Shown here: positions 26,026 through 39,328 of the stretch, in pieces
Position numbering within the stretch: position 1 is the stretch's first letter
How the letters are laid out: each line of letters opens with the position of its first letter
NCBI GenBank assembly: GCA_964016885.1
Contig: OZ024743.1
Coordinates: forward strand, 62,372,001-62,436,000
Origin: Eledone cirrhosa
Lineage: Eukaryota
Length of the DNA: 64,000 bases
Direction: 5' to 3'
Translations under genes and position numbers: made by a program
Notes under the pieces: generated by a model
Database searches by the model: none
What the model was told of the DNA's origin: nothing
Seen by the model: only the letters and a program-made list of their open reading frames with translations

Positions 26026-26427
26026 GTAAGGGAAATTATTTCTCATAAGCATGTGAGGTTAGGTGGTTAAGGATTTTACATCACAACTATAAGGATTTAG
26101 GGGTCAGGTTTCACTCCCACTGGGTGGCATCTTGGGCAAGTGACTTCTACTATAGCCTTGAATTGACCAATGGTTTGCGAATGAAATATGATAAACAGAA
26201 GCTCTGTGCAAATCATGATATATATATATGTATATATATATGTATATATATATTATATATATATTATATTATATATATAATATTCTGAGTTCAAATCCTG
26301 CCGAGGTTAACTTTGCCTTTCATCTTTACGGGGTCGATAAAATAAAGTACCAGTAATGTACTGGGTAATTGCTGGCCTTGTGCCTAATATAGAAACAATT
26401 ATATATATAATCGAAAGTAGAAACAAT

Positions 26428-26463
<36 letters not shown>

Positions 26464-26728
26464 GTGTGTGTGTATATATTGATCACCTTGACCGACCAGT
26501 GTGTCGGGCGCCAATCGGCGCCGCTGGTCACAGCACATCGTGCTGTTTTAGCCATAAGATAATACCATCCCACTGGCTGGGCGGGCAGGCCAGTACTCAT
26601 ATCTACAGCTGAGTAAACTGGAGCAACGTGAAATAAAGTGTCTTGCTCAAGGAAACAACACATCACCCAGTCCGAGAATTGAACTCACAACATTTCGATT
26701 GCAAGCCCAATGCTTAAACCACTAAGCC

Positions 26729-26810
26729 ATGTATTTTATTATGCACATTTCAAAATCAAATATCATCCCATGATGATATTTGATTTTGAAATGCGCATAA
26801 TAAAATACAT
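26729..26810. repeat. Near-perfect 82-bp hairpin
   Basis: atgtattttattatgcacattttcaaaatcaaatatcatc ... gatgatatttgattttgaaatgcgcataataaaatacat. Confidence 0.85.
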
Positions 26811-27201
26811 AGAACTCTTTTAACCATCTTTTGATTTTATATTATTTATACTCCAGTCCTATAAACTGTTGAGTGCTACTTATCCGATATTTGCATTGCT
26901 TTATTGTGCTACAATAAAACTCACCTCCTACATTATATATATATATATAGAGAGAGAGAGATTCTATGGTTGGATGCCCTTCCTAATACCAACCAGTTTG
27001 CTGAATGCTTCTATAATTGAAATAGAAGTTCCATTCTATTCTCAATTTGTGCCATATTTATTTGACAGAAAGAAAGATCAAAATGTGTGTGTGTGTGTGG
27101 GGGGGGGGGTTCAAAGTAGAAATTGTTATTACTATCATTCATCATCATCATCATCATCATCACTGTCGTTGTTGTTAATGTTGTTGTTATATTTCTTTCA
27201 G

Positions 27202-27330
27202 AATGCCCCAGTAACAGATATGGAGAGAAATGTTTGGAACGCTGCAGATGTGAAAACAATGCAACCTGCATTTCAACAAATGGTTCATGTATTTGCCAAC
27301 CTGGATGGCTTGGACAAGTCTGTGACAGAA
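27202..27330 (+). CDS. MEGF6: MEGF6-like EGF exon (ECPSNRYGEKC...VCDR)
   Basis: tttcAG / gtaagg, 129 nt, phase 1-1. Confidence 0.92.
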
Positions 27331-28624
27331 GTAAGGCAATTGAAAAATGTTCATGTTCTTATATTGAAATAAGCTTTCTACAGAAAAAATAAACATGAGT
27401 GGGAGAGTTAACTCAACTAAACGTACCCAATGACCAGGTGGTGGTATAAAATATGATGTGCTTGGTCTACTACTCAAAGGGAACTCAAACACAAAGGACA
27501 AAATGAAGGTGCATGGTCTAATGGTTAAGATATTGGGTTCATGAGCACAATATCATGTGTTTAATTCCTGGACTAGGCAGCATATTTTGTTCTTGAACAA
27601 AACATTTCATTTCATATCATTCTAGATTACTAAGCTAAACATGTGTACCAGCAGCAGAAGCTTATGGTTAACTCTGCGATGGCCTGGCAACCTTTTCAGA
27701 ATAGTATCTTGTACACTCAATCACTTAACATTAATGAAACCAGGATAAGCTCTAGCCTGTTGAGCCTACAGCATTTTTTAAAGGGTGCTGGTAATAAATG
27801 AGGAGATATACTAAACCTACTACACAATGTGAACTCAACTAAAGGCACTCAGAGACCATGGAATGGTGGTTAACGCAGGGATGTGTTAGGCCTACACCTC
27901 AAAATATGTTGGTGAAAAATAGAAAGGAAATTAGGTTAAATGTAGTAAAATATGGGAGAAAAAACAATAAAGAGAATATAGAGAAAATAGGATGGAGTTA
28001 AATGAGATTTGGACATAAGAAAGAAGTGGAAAAAATGGTAACTCAAACAATTGAATGTTGTTGTATAAAGCAGATTAATGATTAAGGAATGGTAATATTT
28101 GAATAAATTAAACAAAAGAAGATTAAGTAAAATACAAAACAAATTATTTCAAAGCTGTACTTGTCTGGCATGTAACTTGATTTGAAAATGTGTTAAAACT
28201 AAAGTGATTACATTGTAGAAGAGTGTTTTTAGCCACAGCTGCACTTATTTTGCAAATAACTTGATCTGAGACCATAATTTGAAACCAAAGCAATTACACT
28301 GTAGAAGAGTCCTTTTAGCTCCAGTTGTACATGTCTGTCAAGTGTTGTAATCTGAAACTGTGAGTGGAAGAGTCATTTTAGACATTCAAAAATATACAAA
28401 AGCTTAATTCACTTTCCATTTATCCTTTATTTCTTGGGGTCAACATTTTTATCCCACTGTTTGTGACTTGGTCACTGACACCAATAAATACATGATAAAT
28501 GTAAAATGAAATTTACAGTTTTTGTGTGTTTTTGAATGACTAAAATGTCTCTTCAACATTGTAATTAATCAAATAATATATTGTGGGCTTTATCTATTTA
28601 TATTTTCTTGTTCTACATTTGTAG

Positions 28625-28753
28625 TGTGTGCACCTGGTACTTATGGCATCAACTGCAGGAGTAAATGTTTATGTAGGAACAGTGCCGAATGTGACCCAGT
28701 GTCTGGAGAATGTAACTGTTCTCCAGGATGGACAGGTATTGGCTGTGATGAAA
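28625..28753 (+). CDS. MEGF6: MEGF6-like EGF exon (MCAPGTYGINC...GCDE)
   Basis: tttgtAG / gtaagc, 129 nt, phase 1-1. Confidence 0.92.
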
Positions 28754-29018
28754 GTAAGCATTAAATATTCTTTGGTCTTTTATTTACTTTACTTTTCACA
28801 TTCTGTAATGAGTTAGTAAGCAGAAAATGGTTAATTCTTTTGATACCAAAACTGCCTCTGGTTCTATGAAACAGTTCCTATTTATTTTAAAGTGTTTATA
28901 TTTATCTAAAGACCTCCCATTGTAATTTTATGTAAGAACTTATGTTATGTTGCAAACTCTAGCTTAAAATGAGGAAGTTATATTATTTAATCTCTTCAAA
29001 TTTTTGAATGTTTCAAAA

Positions 29019-29545
29019 ATGAAAGACAATGCCTATGATTTTTAAATAATTTTTTAAATAATTGTTTCTGCTTATGGCACAAGGCCAGCAATTACCCAGT
29101 ACATTACTGGTACTTTATTTTATTGACCCCATAAGGATGAAAGGCAAAGTTAACCTCGGCAGGATTTGAACTCAGTCCATAAAGGGACGTAACTGTGCTG
29201 CAAGGCATGGCGTCTGACCTTCTACCGATACTGACCACCTCTTAAAATAAATAATAAATATTTTAAAAAATAATGGAAGTATGTTTGGAATGTGGCTAGC
29301 GAAGTTTAGAAGTGAAATAGAAATAGAAGCTTTCACTGTAATATTTTTTACTATAATATAATCTAATAATGGGACATATATGTGCTGATACCCATCTTTT
29401 TCCCCATTATAAGACTGTATTATAGTAAAACATATTATGGCGAAAGTTTCTATTTCTATTTCACTTCTAAACTTTGCAAGCCACGTTCTAAACATACTTC
29501 CATTATTTTCAAAATTATTTAAAAATTATAGGCATTGTCTTTCAT
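29019..29545. repeat. Fold-back inverted repeat (about 150-bp arms) within a TTAA-type MITE; left arm interrupted by a SINE
   Basis: atgaaagacaatgcctat...ataatggaagtatgtttggaatgtggc versus gccacgttctaaacatacttccattat...ataggcattgtctttcat. Confidence 0.8.
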
Positions 29546-29628
29546 TAGAAATATGGTAACAAAAGAATTAATACTCTCCATTCATGTAACAAACTAAAAC
29601 TTCCTCTCCTCCATTTTGCCTTTATCAG

Positions 29629-30015
29629 AATGTCCAGCGAACATGTATGGACCTGGGTGCTCCATGAAATGTGCTTGTGAAAACGCAGCTTATTGTGACC
29701 ACATCCATGGTGTGTGTATCTGTCAAGCTGGCTGGCGAGGGAAGCTATGTAACAAAGCTTGCCCTCAAGGTTTCTATGGCATAGAATGTTTAAAGAAGTG
29801 TGAATGCAGCAATGGAGCAGAGTGTGACTATGTAACTGGTGTGTGCAGCTGTGCACCAGGCTGGATGGGCGACAAGTGTATGACCCCTTGTCCAGATGGT
29901 ACCTATGGAAAAGACTGCCAGAGGACTTGTGAATGTCTCAATGATGCAAAGTGCGACCCTGTATCTGGCATATGTATATGTGAACCTGGGTATAAAGGAG
30001 CACAGTGTGCAGAAG
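29629..30015 (+). CDS. MEGF6: MEGF6-like exon with three EGF repeats (KCPANMYG...QCAE)
   Basis: ttatcAG / gtaagt, 387 nt = 3 x 129, phase 1-1. Confidence 0.93.
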
Positions 30016-30416
30016 GTAAGTACATTATCTTTCAAGAAATTATCTGAAATATTATGATTGTAGTTAACCAAGAATAGTATTAGAGTAATACATGCAGTCA
30101 GATTTAGGACAAATGAGGCCTTGTGCTAGTTAAAGTTATTGGGCCCCAAACATTTGAAAAATTCATGATAAAAACTTTTTTTGGCAGGAAGATGGGCCCA
30201 TTTCCCCTAGCCAACAAAGCCCTGTGCTTAAGCATACCTAACCACAATGGTAAACTCAGCACTAAACCCGGACAGACAATAGCTGATTATAATAAATAGG
30301 ACACAACCCATTCTTTTACAGATTGAATAAATATCACTCAGAGTTTTTTTTGGGGGGGGGGGTCACTATCAATGATTTTATTATCACCAAAAAATATTAT
30401 CATTTTTACTTCTCTA

Positions 30417-31317
30417 TCATCATCATCATCATCAACGTTTAACGTCCGTGTTCCACGCTTGCATGGGTTTGGACGGGGGTAGTCCCACTTGAGGCAAGAG
30501 TGATTGTCTTGCTCGCATAGGACTGTCTGGCAGGTTTTCTACAGTTGGATGCCCTTCCTAACACCAACCACATTTACAGTGTGGGTCTGGGAGGTTTTTA
30601 CCGTGTTGCCTACACGGCCACATTACAGCGTGGACTGTGTGTTTTTTTGTCGTGACACCTACACGATCTCATTTGTTTCGGCCTCGATGGCGCGGCACCA
30701 ACATAACTTTACATAGAACGGGGTGGTGCGGATGGGGTGGGGGGGGGGGGGGGTATTTTGTTAGAGATGCCTACTGGCTGGAGTAGGTTTTACTATGTAT
30801 TTAGGTAAGGCGGGTCTTCTCTGTTACTGAGTACCGCCAAAGGTCTCGGTCCAGTGACATTGTCTTGGAGAGGTATAAGTGTGTGAGGTCGGAGTTTATC
30901 AGCTCGTCCCAGGTTTTTCTAGGTCTGCCTATTCCGTGGCTACCATCTATCTTTATTGCCCTGCACTTTGTTATACAGCTATCGAATTTCATGCGCATCA
31001 CGTGTCCATACCAACGTAGCCTTCTCTCGAGTAAACAACATCTGATCCCTCTTATCTCTAATTTTTTCCTTAGTTCGTTTATGCTTTGCCGTTCACGTAT
31101 ATTACTGTTACACATCCAGCGGAGCATGCAAGCTTCGTTCCTCTCTAGTCTGCGTATATGCTCTGCACACAATGCCCAGGTCTCACTGCCATGCAACATT
31201 GCTGTTCGTATGCAGGCATCGTACAACCTGCCTTTCATTTTTAGGGAGAACCCTTTAGCAGCTAATAGTGGTATAAGCTCTCTGAACTTTTTCCAACCAG
31301 TTCTGACTCTAGCTCTA
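30417..31317 (-). mobile_element. RTE LINE 3' fragment with UTR and (ATG)n tail
   Basis: MKGRLYDACIRTAMLHGSETW...RRLRWYGHVMRM...GRPRKTW. Confidence 0.9.
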
Positions 31318-31435
31318 TGAATATTATAATATAATGCTTGCAGAATGAAAATATAGACACAAATAATATATACAGTACTTAATGAATACTTTTTACAGAA
31401 TGAAAATATAAATACAATAAATTATACAACAAAAT

Positions 31436-34400
31436 ATGAAGACGTCGCATCTCAGAGTTGCAACACTTAATGTTGGCACTCTCAGAGGTAGATCTGCTGA
31501 AATAGTGGAGATGCTGGAGAGAAGGCATGTGGATGTGTGCTGCATGCAAGAGGTGAGATGGAGAGGTGCCTCTGCGAGACTAGTCGTAGGCAAACATCTT
31601 AGCTATAAGCTTTTCTGGGTAGGTAAGGATGATGGGTTAGGGGGAGTAGGCATTTTCCTGGCTGAGAGATGGATCAATAAGACAATAGAGGTAGTTCGAG
31701 TTAGTAATCGAATAATTAAGCTTAGATTAGTTGTAGGCAGGAGACTACTGACAATCATCTCTGCCTATGCTCCCCGAGCAGGCCTAGGCAAAGAAGAGAA
31801 AGACTGCTTTTACGAGCAACTTTTACAAACAACCGCAATGACAGAGGACGGAGACATCGTTATGCTAGCAGGGGACTTCAATGGTCATGTTGGACAGCTC
31901 CAGGATGGTTACACTGGGGTACATGGTGGGCACGGTTACGGCTCAAGAAATGAAGAAGGAGTGAGACGTCTTGAATTTTGTGATGCAAGTACAATGACTA
32001 TTTGCAACACTAACTTCCAGAAACCTGCCAACCACCTAATAACCTACAAATCTGGCGAGCACATAAGCCAGATTGACTTCTTACTAGTTAGGCAGCAGGA
32101 CAGGCAGATAGTGTCAAATACCAAGGCATACCCTGGGGAAGAATGTACCCCACAGCATAGGTTAGTCGTTAGTGATATCTCAGTAAGCAAGAGATGGAAT
32201 GAGACATACAGAAAGGTGTGGAGAAGAAAGGTCTGGAAGCTAAAAGACCTTTCACTAAAATACAAATTTAGGAAAGCCGTTCAAGATGTGTATGACGAAA
32301 AAGAAGACGATTTAGAGATGTATGACATAGATAATAACTGGAATTTCTTACGTGACAACTTACTGCAGGCTACTGATGAAACTTGTGGCTGGAGCAAAGC
32401 TCCAACCAGACAGAGAGTGACCTGGTGGTGGAACAGCAAAAGACTAGCATGGAAGGCTTGGAAAAAGGGCGGGAGTAGAGAAGGATATACTGCCGCTAAG
32501 AGAGAAGCTAGACGTCTGGTGTACTTAGCACGCAGGAGAGTAGGAGGTTTGCCAATGTTCTGCGACGGGAAGATCAGAGGTGTGCCGTGTTCCACATTGC
32601 AAGGCAGTGTGTCAATGCAAATCAGGATGTTGTTGAAGATAAATGTGTCCGGAATGATGCCGGTGTACTTAGTGTCACGAATGATCAGAAAAAGGAGGCC
32701 TGGAAATGTCATTATGAGAGACTGATGAATGTGGAGAACGAATGGGAGAGAGACAGATTACCCTCAGTAGATCCGACAGAGGGACCAGCTATGGAGATTG
32801 ATGAATATAGGGTCCAAGAGGCAATTAAGGAAATGAAAAATGGTAAGGCTGCTGGACCATCGGGGATAGTTGCTGAGATGTTGAAGGCATCAGGGGACGT
32901 AGGCACTAAGCTGGTTGCACGCATCATCAATCAAGCTATTTATGGTGGTGTCATACCCAAAGACTGGTGCAGCAGTATTCTCATAAATTGCTACAAAGGT
33001 AAAGGGGATGCTCTGTAGAGGAGCAATTATAGGGGTATAAAACTGATGGATCAGGTTATGAAAGTGGCAGAAAGGATATTAGCACAACTAATTAGAGAAA
33101 GGGTTAAAACTAGATGAGAAGCAGTTTGGTTTTGTGACTGGGAAGAGTACAACAGATGCCCTCTTCTTGGTGAGACAATTACAAGAGAGGTTCTTAGAGA
33201 AAAATAAGCCACTATACTTAGCCTTTGTTGACCTAAAGAAGGCCTTGGATAGGGTACCCCGATCTGTCATCTGGTGGTCCCTAAGGAAACTAGGTGTTGA
33301 AGAATGGCTTGTGAGGACAGTGCAAACTTTGTACAGAGGTACTGTCAGTAAAGTCAGGGTAGGAATGGAGTTTAGTGAGGAATTCCAGATACAAGTAGGA
33401 GTACATCAAAGCTCGGTCCTCGGCCTGCTCTTGTTAATTATAGTCCTCCAAGCCATAATAGAGGAATTTAAGACTGGCTGTCCATGGGAACTTCTCTATG
33501 CTGACGATCTGGTTCCTATAGCAGAATCAGTAGAGGAGCTAGAGAATAAACTCTGGCTATGGAAACAGCAGTTGGAAGCAAGAAGACTGAGAGTGAACCT
33601 AGGTAAGACAAAATTGTTGATGAGTAGAAAAGAGGACAAAACTCTGATTCCATCAGGGAAATGGCCATGTTCGATATGCAGAAAAGGAACTGGCATAAAG
33701 TCTATAAAATGCACATAATGCAGATCCTGGGGACACAAGAGATGTAGTGGGATAGCAGGCAAACTAACAGGTAGGGAGAAATACGTATGCAGTAGATGTA
33801 CAGTGAAATTAGACAGTAGAAGTCGCATTGATAGACACATTTTTCAAATGCAGGCGGGTGCTATAGAAGTGGTGGATAGCTTCTGGTACCTAGGAGATCA
33901 GATTAGCATGGGACGGGGTGTTCCGAGGCCATAGTATCTAGAATAAGGACGGGTTGGAAGAAGTTTAGGGGGCTGCTTCCTCTGCTGACAAAGAAGGGTT
34001 TCTCCCTGCGTACGAAAGGCCGGTTATATGATGCCTGTGCGAGGAGCGCGATGCTGCATGGTAGTGAGACATGGGCAGTAACTGTAGAGGATATGTAACG
34101 GCTGGAGAGAAATGAGGCAAGCATGCTCCGTTGGATGCGCAATGTCAATGTGCGTGAACGACCCAGCATGAATGTGTTGAGAGAGAAACTGTGTCTGAGA
34201 GGGATAGAATGTAGTGTTCGAGAGAGGAGACTGAGGTGGTATGGACATATGATGCGCATGGAGGATGACCGATGGGTGAAGAAGTGCCAGGAAATGCCAT
34301 TTGAAGGAAGACGTGGTAGAGGTAGACCACGGAAAACATGGGCGGAGGTGGTGAGAACAGACCTCAGATCACTGAAGCTCACAGTGGAGATGACGAAGGA

Positions 34401-34490
34401 CCGTGACAAGTGGAGAGATGCTGTGCTAAATAAGACCCATCCCACCCTTGCAAGCAGGGAAAAGCAGACGTAAAATGATGATGATGATGA
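31436..34490 (+). mobile_element. Near full-length RTE-clade LINE (APE, RT, PHD-like finger), inactivated by several stops and frameshifts
   Basis: APE: TLNVGTL, CMQEVRW, GDFNGHVG, QIDFLL, PQHRLV. RT: KAAGPSG, FVDLKKA.DRVPR, GVHQ.SVL, LYADD. C-terminal RLRWYGH and GRPRKTW; (ATG)n tail. Confidence 0.95.
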
Positions 34491-35669
34491 TATTGCTAGG
34501 AACCTTATAGATATAATGCACAAAAATATATGATCAAAGCGAGAGAGAAAAAAATAACAAAAAACATTAATTCACCAAGTGTATCAATCGGTCGCATGCC
34601 ACAAGGGCTTTTACCAAACATTAACAAACTTGTATTTATCCCTGGTGATATTTAGTACAAATAAATAAATAAAAAGAAAAAGAAAAAAGAAAAGTAGATC
34701 ATCAGATCAAACCAGGGAAACTGTTTCCATTGCTGTGGTAACTCCTGGCAGAAACCTTGCTACTTTTCAAGTAGCAAGGAGTGGTATTTGAACTCAGAAT
34801 GCACAGAACCAGAACAAATACTGCAATGTATTCAGTCAGACATCTTAACAAATCTACAAATCCACCGCCCTTGGAATAGTACTTTTTTATCGACCCTGTA
34901 ACGATGAAAGGCAAAGTTGGACTCAACAAGATTTGAACACAGAATGTGAAGAGCTGGTACTAATATAAAGGCATTTAATCCAACGCCAATATAATAAAAA
35001 TCGCTCCACATTCGGAATTCTAATATCACAGGACTTAACTTTGCCATTTTTTCATTCTTTTGGCACCTAATAGGAATGGATGATTAGTGTCCCTGATGTT
35101 CAATCAACAGATAAGCTCGCTCATAAAATTAACGTATAAGTGACAGAGCATTCCACAGACACGTGTATACTGAACGTAATTATCAGGCAGATTCGGCTTG
35201 ACTCAGTTTGTGACACGGCTAGCCCTTTGAATTACAAATTCAGTTCATCTGACACAGCTTTCAAACATTTTCTGTCTACCCAATTTCACTAACACGTCTG
35301 GGGTCGATTCGAGGCTTTGGTAAATGACAGTCACCCAAGATGCCACGCAGTGTGATCGAACCCGAGACTTTATGATTGCAAAGCGCACTTTTTAACCATT
35401 CGGCTATGCTGCACCCATGGTACATGTTTAAAGAACTCTCGTACGAATTACATTATATCATCTTTTTAAGCAGCCTTTTCTCAGCGAAATAAAAAGAAAA
35501 TAGAGTAATCTCCCTTGTTATTTCCGATGCAATTTATGTAAGGGAGATAATTAACAAGTGTTTAATTCAATTATTTCCATTGCTTTATTTTATATATTTA
35601 TCATTGTGGAAGCCATTGTTCTAAGTTCGGATTTTATCCGCTCTCTTGTCACTACAATGCAAGTCAATT

Positions 35670-36100
35670 CCCTCAGCACGCATCCTTGAATGGAGCATCG
35701 CCGTTGCCGGTTTCCCATCATAACTAGAGCCTGCTGGCTTCGACCGTGGGGATGATAAGCGTGCAGACGGGATAACTCTTTTTCCCGTTCGAGGAGGCTA
35801 AACCTCTAATCTGAGAGGACAACGCTGTGTAATGCTTTCCAGTTCCAACCATCCTGCCTGTAACGCAAAGAAGTGGAAAATATCTACATACTGGAACTAA
35901 ACCAACTGCTACATATTCGTGACTGTTGCCGTCGAGACCTCTGGTGTCCTCGGTTCCCGAACTGCCGTTTCCCTTCGCAAAATTAGGAGTGCATCCTGCC
36001 TGAGGAATGAGCCCTGTGATGTGGAATGGCTGATGGAACGTGTGTCGTTAGCTATTCTCTATGGCAATGCTTTCGCCATCTTGTCTGCAGAGCACAACTG
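35670..36100 (+). mobile_element. CRE-like non-LTR retrotransposon remnant (restriction-like endonuclease domain)
   Basis: LEPAGFDRGDDKRADGITLF...FVTVAVETSGVLG...WLMERVSLAILYGNA matches the recalled KRPDG / VETxG / RLSxAIxRGN pattern. Confidence 0.7.
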
Positions 36101-36669
36101 AGATATACTCTCCAGCCAAAAGTGTAGAGTTTTCTCTTTACACTTTTTTCATTAAGAAATCACTATTTAACTTTTTCTCACTTCCTCTTTTTCTTCGTTT
36201 TATACTTCTTTTCAACAATAAATTAATCCCTTCTTTTGTTAACCTATATTTGTAATATGATGGCAGTTGAATTACACGCTACTATTGTTTGTCGTGTATT
36301 AACTTCCTTATATGGTTATTTTAAGTTCAAATCCCGTTCTGAGCGACTTTCATATTCCTTGTAATGAATTGTTCTTACTGAGAAGGGGGATAAAAAATCG
36401 GCATTTATTCGTTTTAGCATGGCATTTTTTAATTTCCTTTAAGTTTTTGTCCAGGTTATATTTATCGATGCTGTGGTACAAACTATGACCACATGCATTT
36501 AATCGCTTTATTTGTTCCTGTTACACTTTCTTAACCTTGTGTTTTCTCTGGACGAAAATGTATTAACTTTTCGCACCATTGAGTGCTTTGTGATTGCCTC
36601 AAACAATTCGATTGGTACCTGCTATATTGCGGCTACAACTTCGATTCATACATATTATATATATATATA

Positions 36670-38200
36670 ACACCAATAAACCAAAACTCCAGCCTGTCCC
36701 AAACAACATACAGAACTGCAACGTGGAACCTGTACACAGGAAGGCCTCTAAGTGTAACTGCCACCTACCGGATAAATGCCCACTGGAGAATAGATGCCTG
36801 AAGTCAAGTATAGCATACCTGTGCACTATCAAATCTGGCAACATAGCATGGCACTACATTGGTTCTACGGCTGGTAATGTAAAAAAAAAAGATGGTATGT
36901 GCTTAGACATTCCATAAAAAAAACGAAAACTCAGTAATACAATGACGATGACCAATAAAATCTGGCAGCTTAAGGTCATCAATCGGGAATATGAGATTAG
37001 CTGGTCGGAGTTATCGAATGCAAGGGCCTACAAAAATGGAATGTCCCACTGCGGACTTTGCAATATGGAGCTGCTCCATATTCTAAAATATAATAAAATG
37101 CTGCTCAATAATAAGATCGAGCGAACAATTTTCTGTAGGCACAAAGCAGCCACCAAATTTTCCAACTTCAAACCGCGACCGGCATAATTCGATCTAGCGA
37201 TCTCAGTATCCAGTCTAAACCACCCGGATTAGACCAACACCAATGAACCAACTTTATACCCCCTCACTGTTGTTAGCTGTCAGTAACTGGTTATTAAATC
37301 ATCCTCGGCAATCCCTCAACTTTTTTTTCCAATAGTCGCATCATCTCCATTAAGATAAAACATTCAAACTACCCCAACCTTAATCACCCATATGTCATCA
37401 TTGTCCCCTTTACTTTTTTATTCTCTATTTATCAATTTACCGTTTTCTTATTCTCATCTTTTATTTATTATTATTCGTTTGTCTCCGAATCCTTATTCTT
37501 TATTTTTATCTCCTACTCTTTATCTTTTACTTTTTATTTTTACCTTTTATTATTTTTTACCACGGGGATTGGCAGTATCAGTAGAGGGTCGGACGCCATG
37601 CTTTCCAGCATAGTTACGTCCCTTTACGATCTGAGTCCAAATCCCGCCGAGGTTGACTTTGCCTTTCAGCCTTACGTTGTCGATAAAATAAAGTACCAGT
37701 AATGCACTGGGTAATTGCTGGCCTTGTGCCTAAAGTAGAAACAATTATTTGTTACCACTTAGTCAATTCATGAACTCATCCACTATATTAGAACGGCGTC
37801 AATACACCAGACCACAAGAGAGCAACATTTCGCCTATCATATATTGTCTTTCCAAAAATTCTTTTCATGCTATTATTATCATTACTGTCATTACTATTTT
37901 ACACATCTATCTACTCGCGATAACTACGACCACCACTACTACTATTATCAGAAACAGTATTTTTGTTGTTGTTATTATCATTGTTTATATTTATGTTATT
38001 CTCCGATGTATCTATAAATGCCAGTGCCCTGTGTTATACACACATCAGTATTCTGATGATTTGATCAGGAAAACACTGTAATTAAGATCAAGTGACGTAA
38101 CTTCTAGCGATCAGCGGCTTTTAGACTCACCTAATTAATGAAACAATTGTTAATACTGTAAATAAACCTTTTTTGTACAGCCGACCATGTTATTCTTCAC
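36670..38200 (+). mobile_element. Penelope-like element 3' part: GIY-YIG endonuclease remnant plus 3' region with hammerhead motif
   Basis: CNCHLPDKCPL...CLKSSIAY...HYIGST, IWQLK, CGLCNME, LLN..E...CRH (frameshifted). Bounded by (TA)n on both sides; a SINE is nested at 37565-37748. Confidence 0.85.
38046..38158 (+). ncRNA. Type I hammerhead-like motif with long stem II insert, in the PLE 3' region
   Basis: CAGTATT-CTGATGA ... GAAA-C-AATT-G-TT|AATACTG; perfect 7-bp stem I, palindromic stem III, AATAAA directly after. The base of stem II is a T-T mismatch. Confidence 0.65.
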
Positions 38201-38205
38201 TCGTT

Positions 38206-38255
<50 letters not shown>

Positions 38256-38800
38256 AATTCGGAATCCCGACGGCTGAGCTCTGGCCGTTTCAACAGCTAG
38301 CTCCGAACATTCTTTTTTTTTATCAGAAACCTAATTAGGCTTCAGGTGTTTTTTTACAATTGGAGTAATTTTTGTTTTATATATATAGTCACTACTCACT
38401 TAACGACCAAGTTTCGTTCCACGCTCTTTGCAGTAAAGCAAATTGGTCTCACTGAATTCCTCACTTAACCATTAGGTTCTGTTCCACCAACATAGTGGTA
38501 GAAGTGTCTAAATATATATTGTTTACATTTGTAATTAGTTTCATCGTTAATATATTGAAACTGAAACGAGCGTTTTAAATCTTTTAGAAAGTGAAACAAC
38601 CATGTTAACACAATTTCAAATGTTTACAGGCGAACCCTAGCATTCCCTGTTGGATGAAATTGAATGTGCTTGTCTTCTCACCTTGTTTCTTTTGTAAATT
38701 ATATTCATTATAGAAATCGTGTTTTCGTTTTAAAAATGTTGAATTCACAGAAAATATATCTAAAAACAAAATGTACTGAATCTGTAAATATATTCTAATC

Positions 38801-39328
38801 CAGTGAACCCCAACCTGTGGCCGCATGCGGCCTTTAAAATAAGATAAGAATTATGCTCTTATCCAGCAGATTGCACAAAGCCAGCAACTGCATGATAGGA
38901 GTTTTGGCTATGTTTCAAATATTTACGCCCATTTAAAAATAAATTCAAACTATTTTGCAAAGAAGAAGAAGTAGTAGTAGTAGCAGAAATGGTAGTAATA
39001 GTAAAAAGAAACCTGGTTGTCTCTCGCTTAGTCCATCACACTCTATATATATATATATATGTGTGGGTGTGGAGAAAAAATTCAACCTGTAGGCAACGCA
39101 ACTTCAAAAAAAGACAAAAGACCTATATGTGTCTCTCTGTGTCCTTCAACATACAGGTGAGAAATGTGTGTCTACAGAGTTTTGATTGAAAACGCAGCAA
39201 TTTTAAGTGCAAGTCTGTCATCATAAAAACATAAACTGTCTACGATAGTAACGATAATTCTATGTAGCCCTCATCTATATTTAGAATGTTAATGTGACCT
39301 TGTCATGCAAAAAGGTTGGGGACCCCTG
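38801..39328. mobile_element. hAT (Charlie-like) MITE
   Basis: CAGTGAACCCCAACCT...AGGTTGGGGACCCCTG termini; TSD ttctaatc/tcctaatc. Confidence 0.75.

Noticed and set aside
30417-34490. Head-to-head RTE pieces as one twin-primed inverted insertion
   Set aside because: The two share an overlapping 3' region with clearly different sequence and each has its own tail, so they are independent insertions of different subfamilies.
31436-34490. Active or domesticated RTE gene
   Set aside because: Stops near 33016, 33716 and 34096, plus frameshifts near 32540 and 33110.
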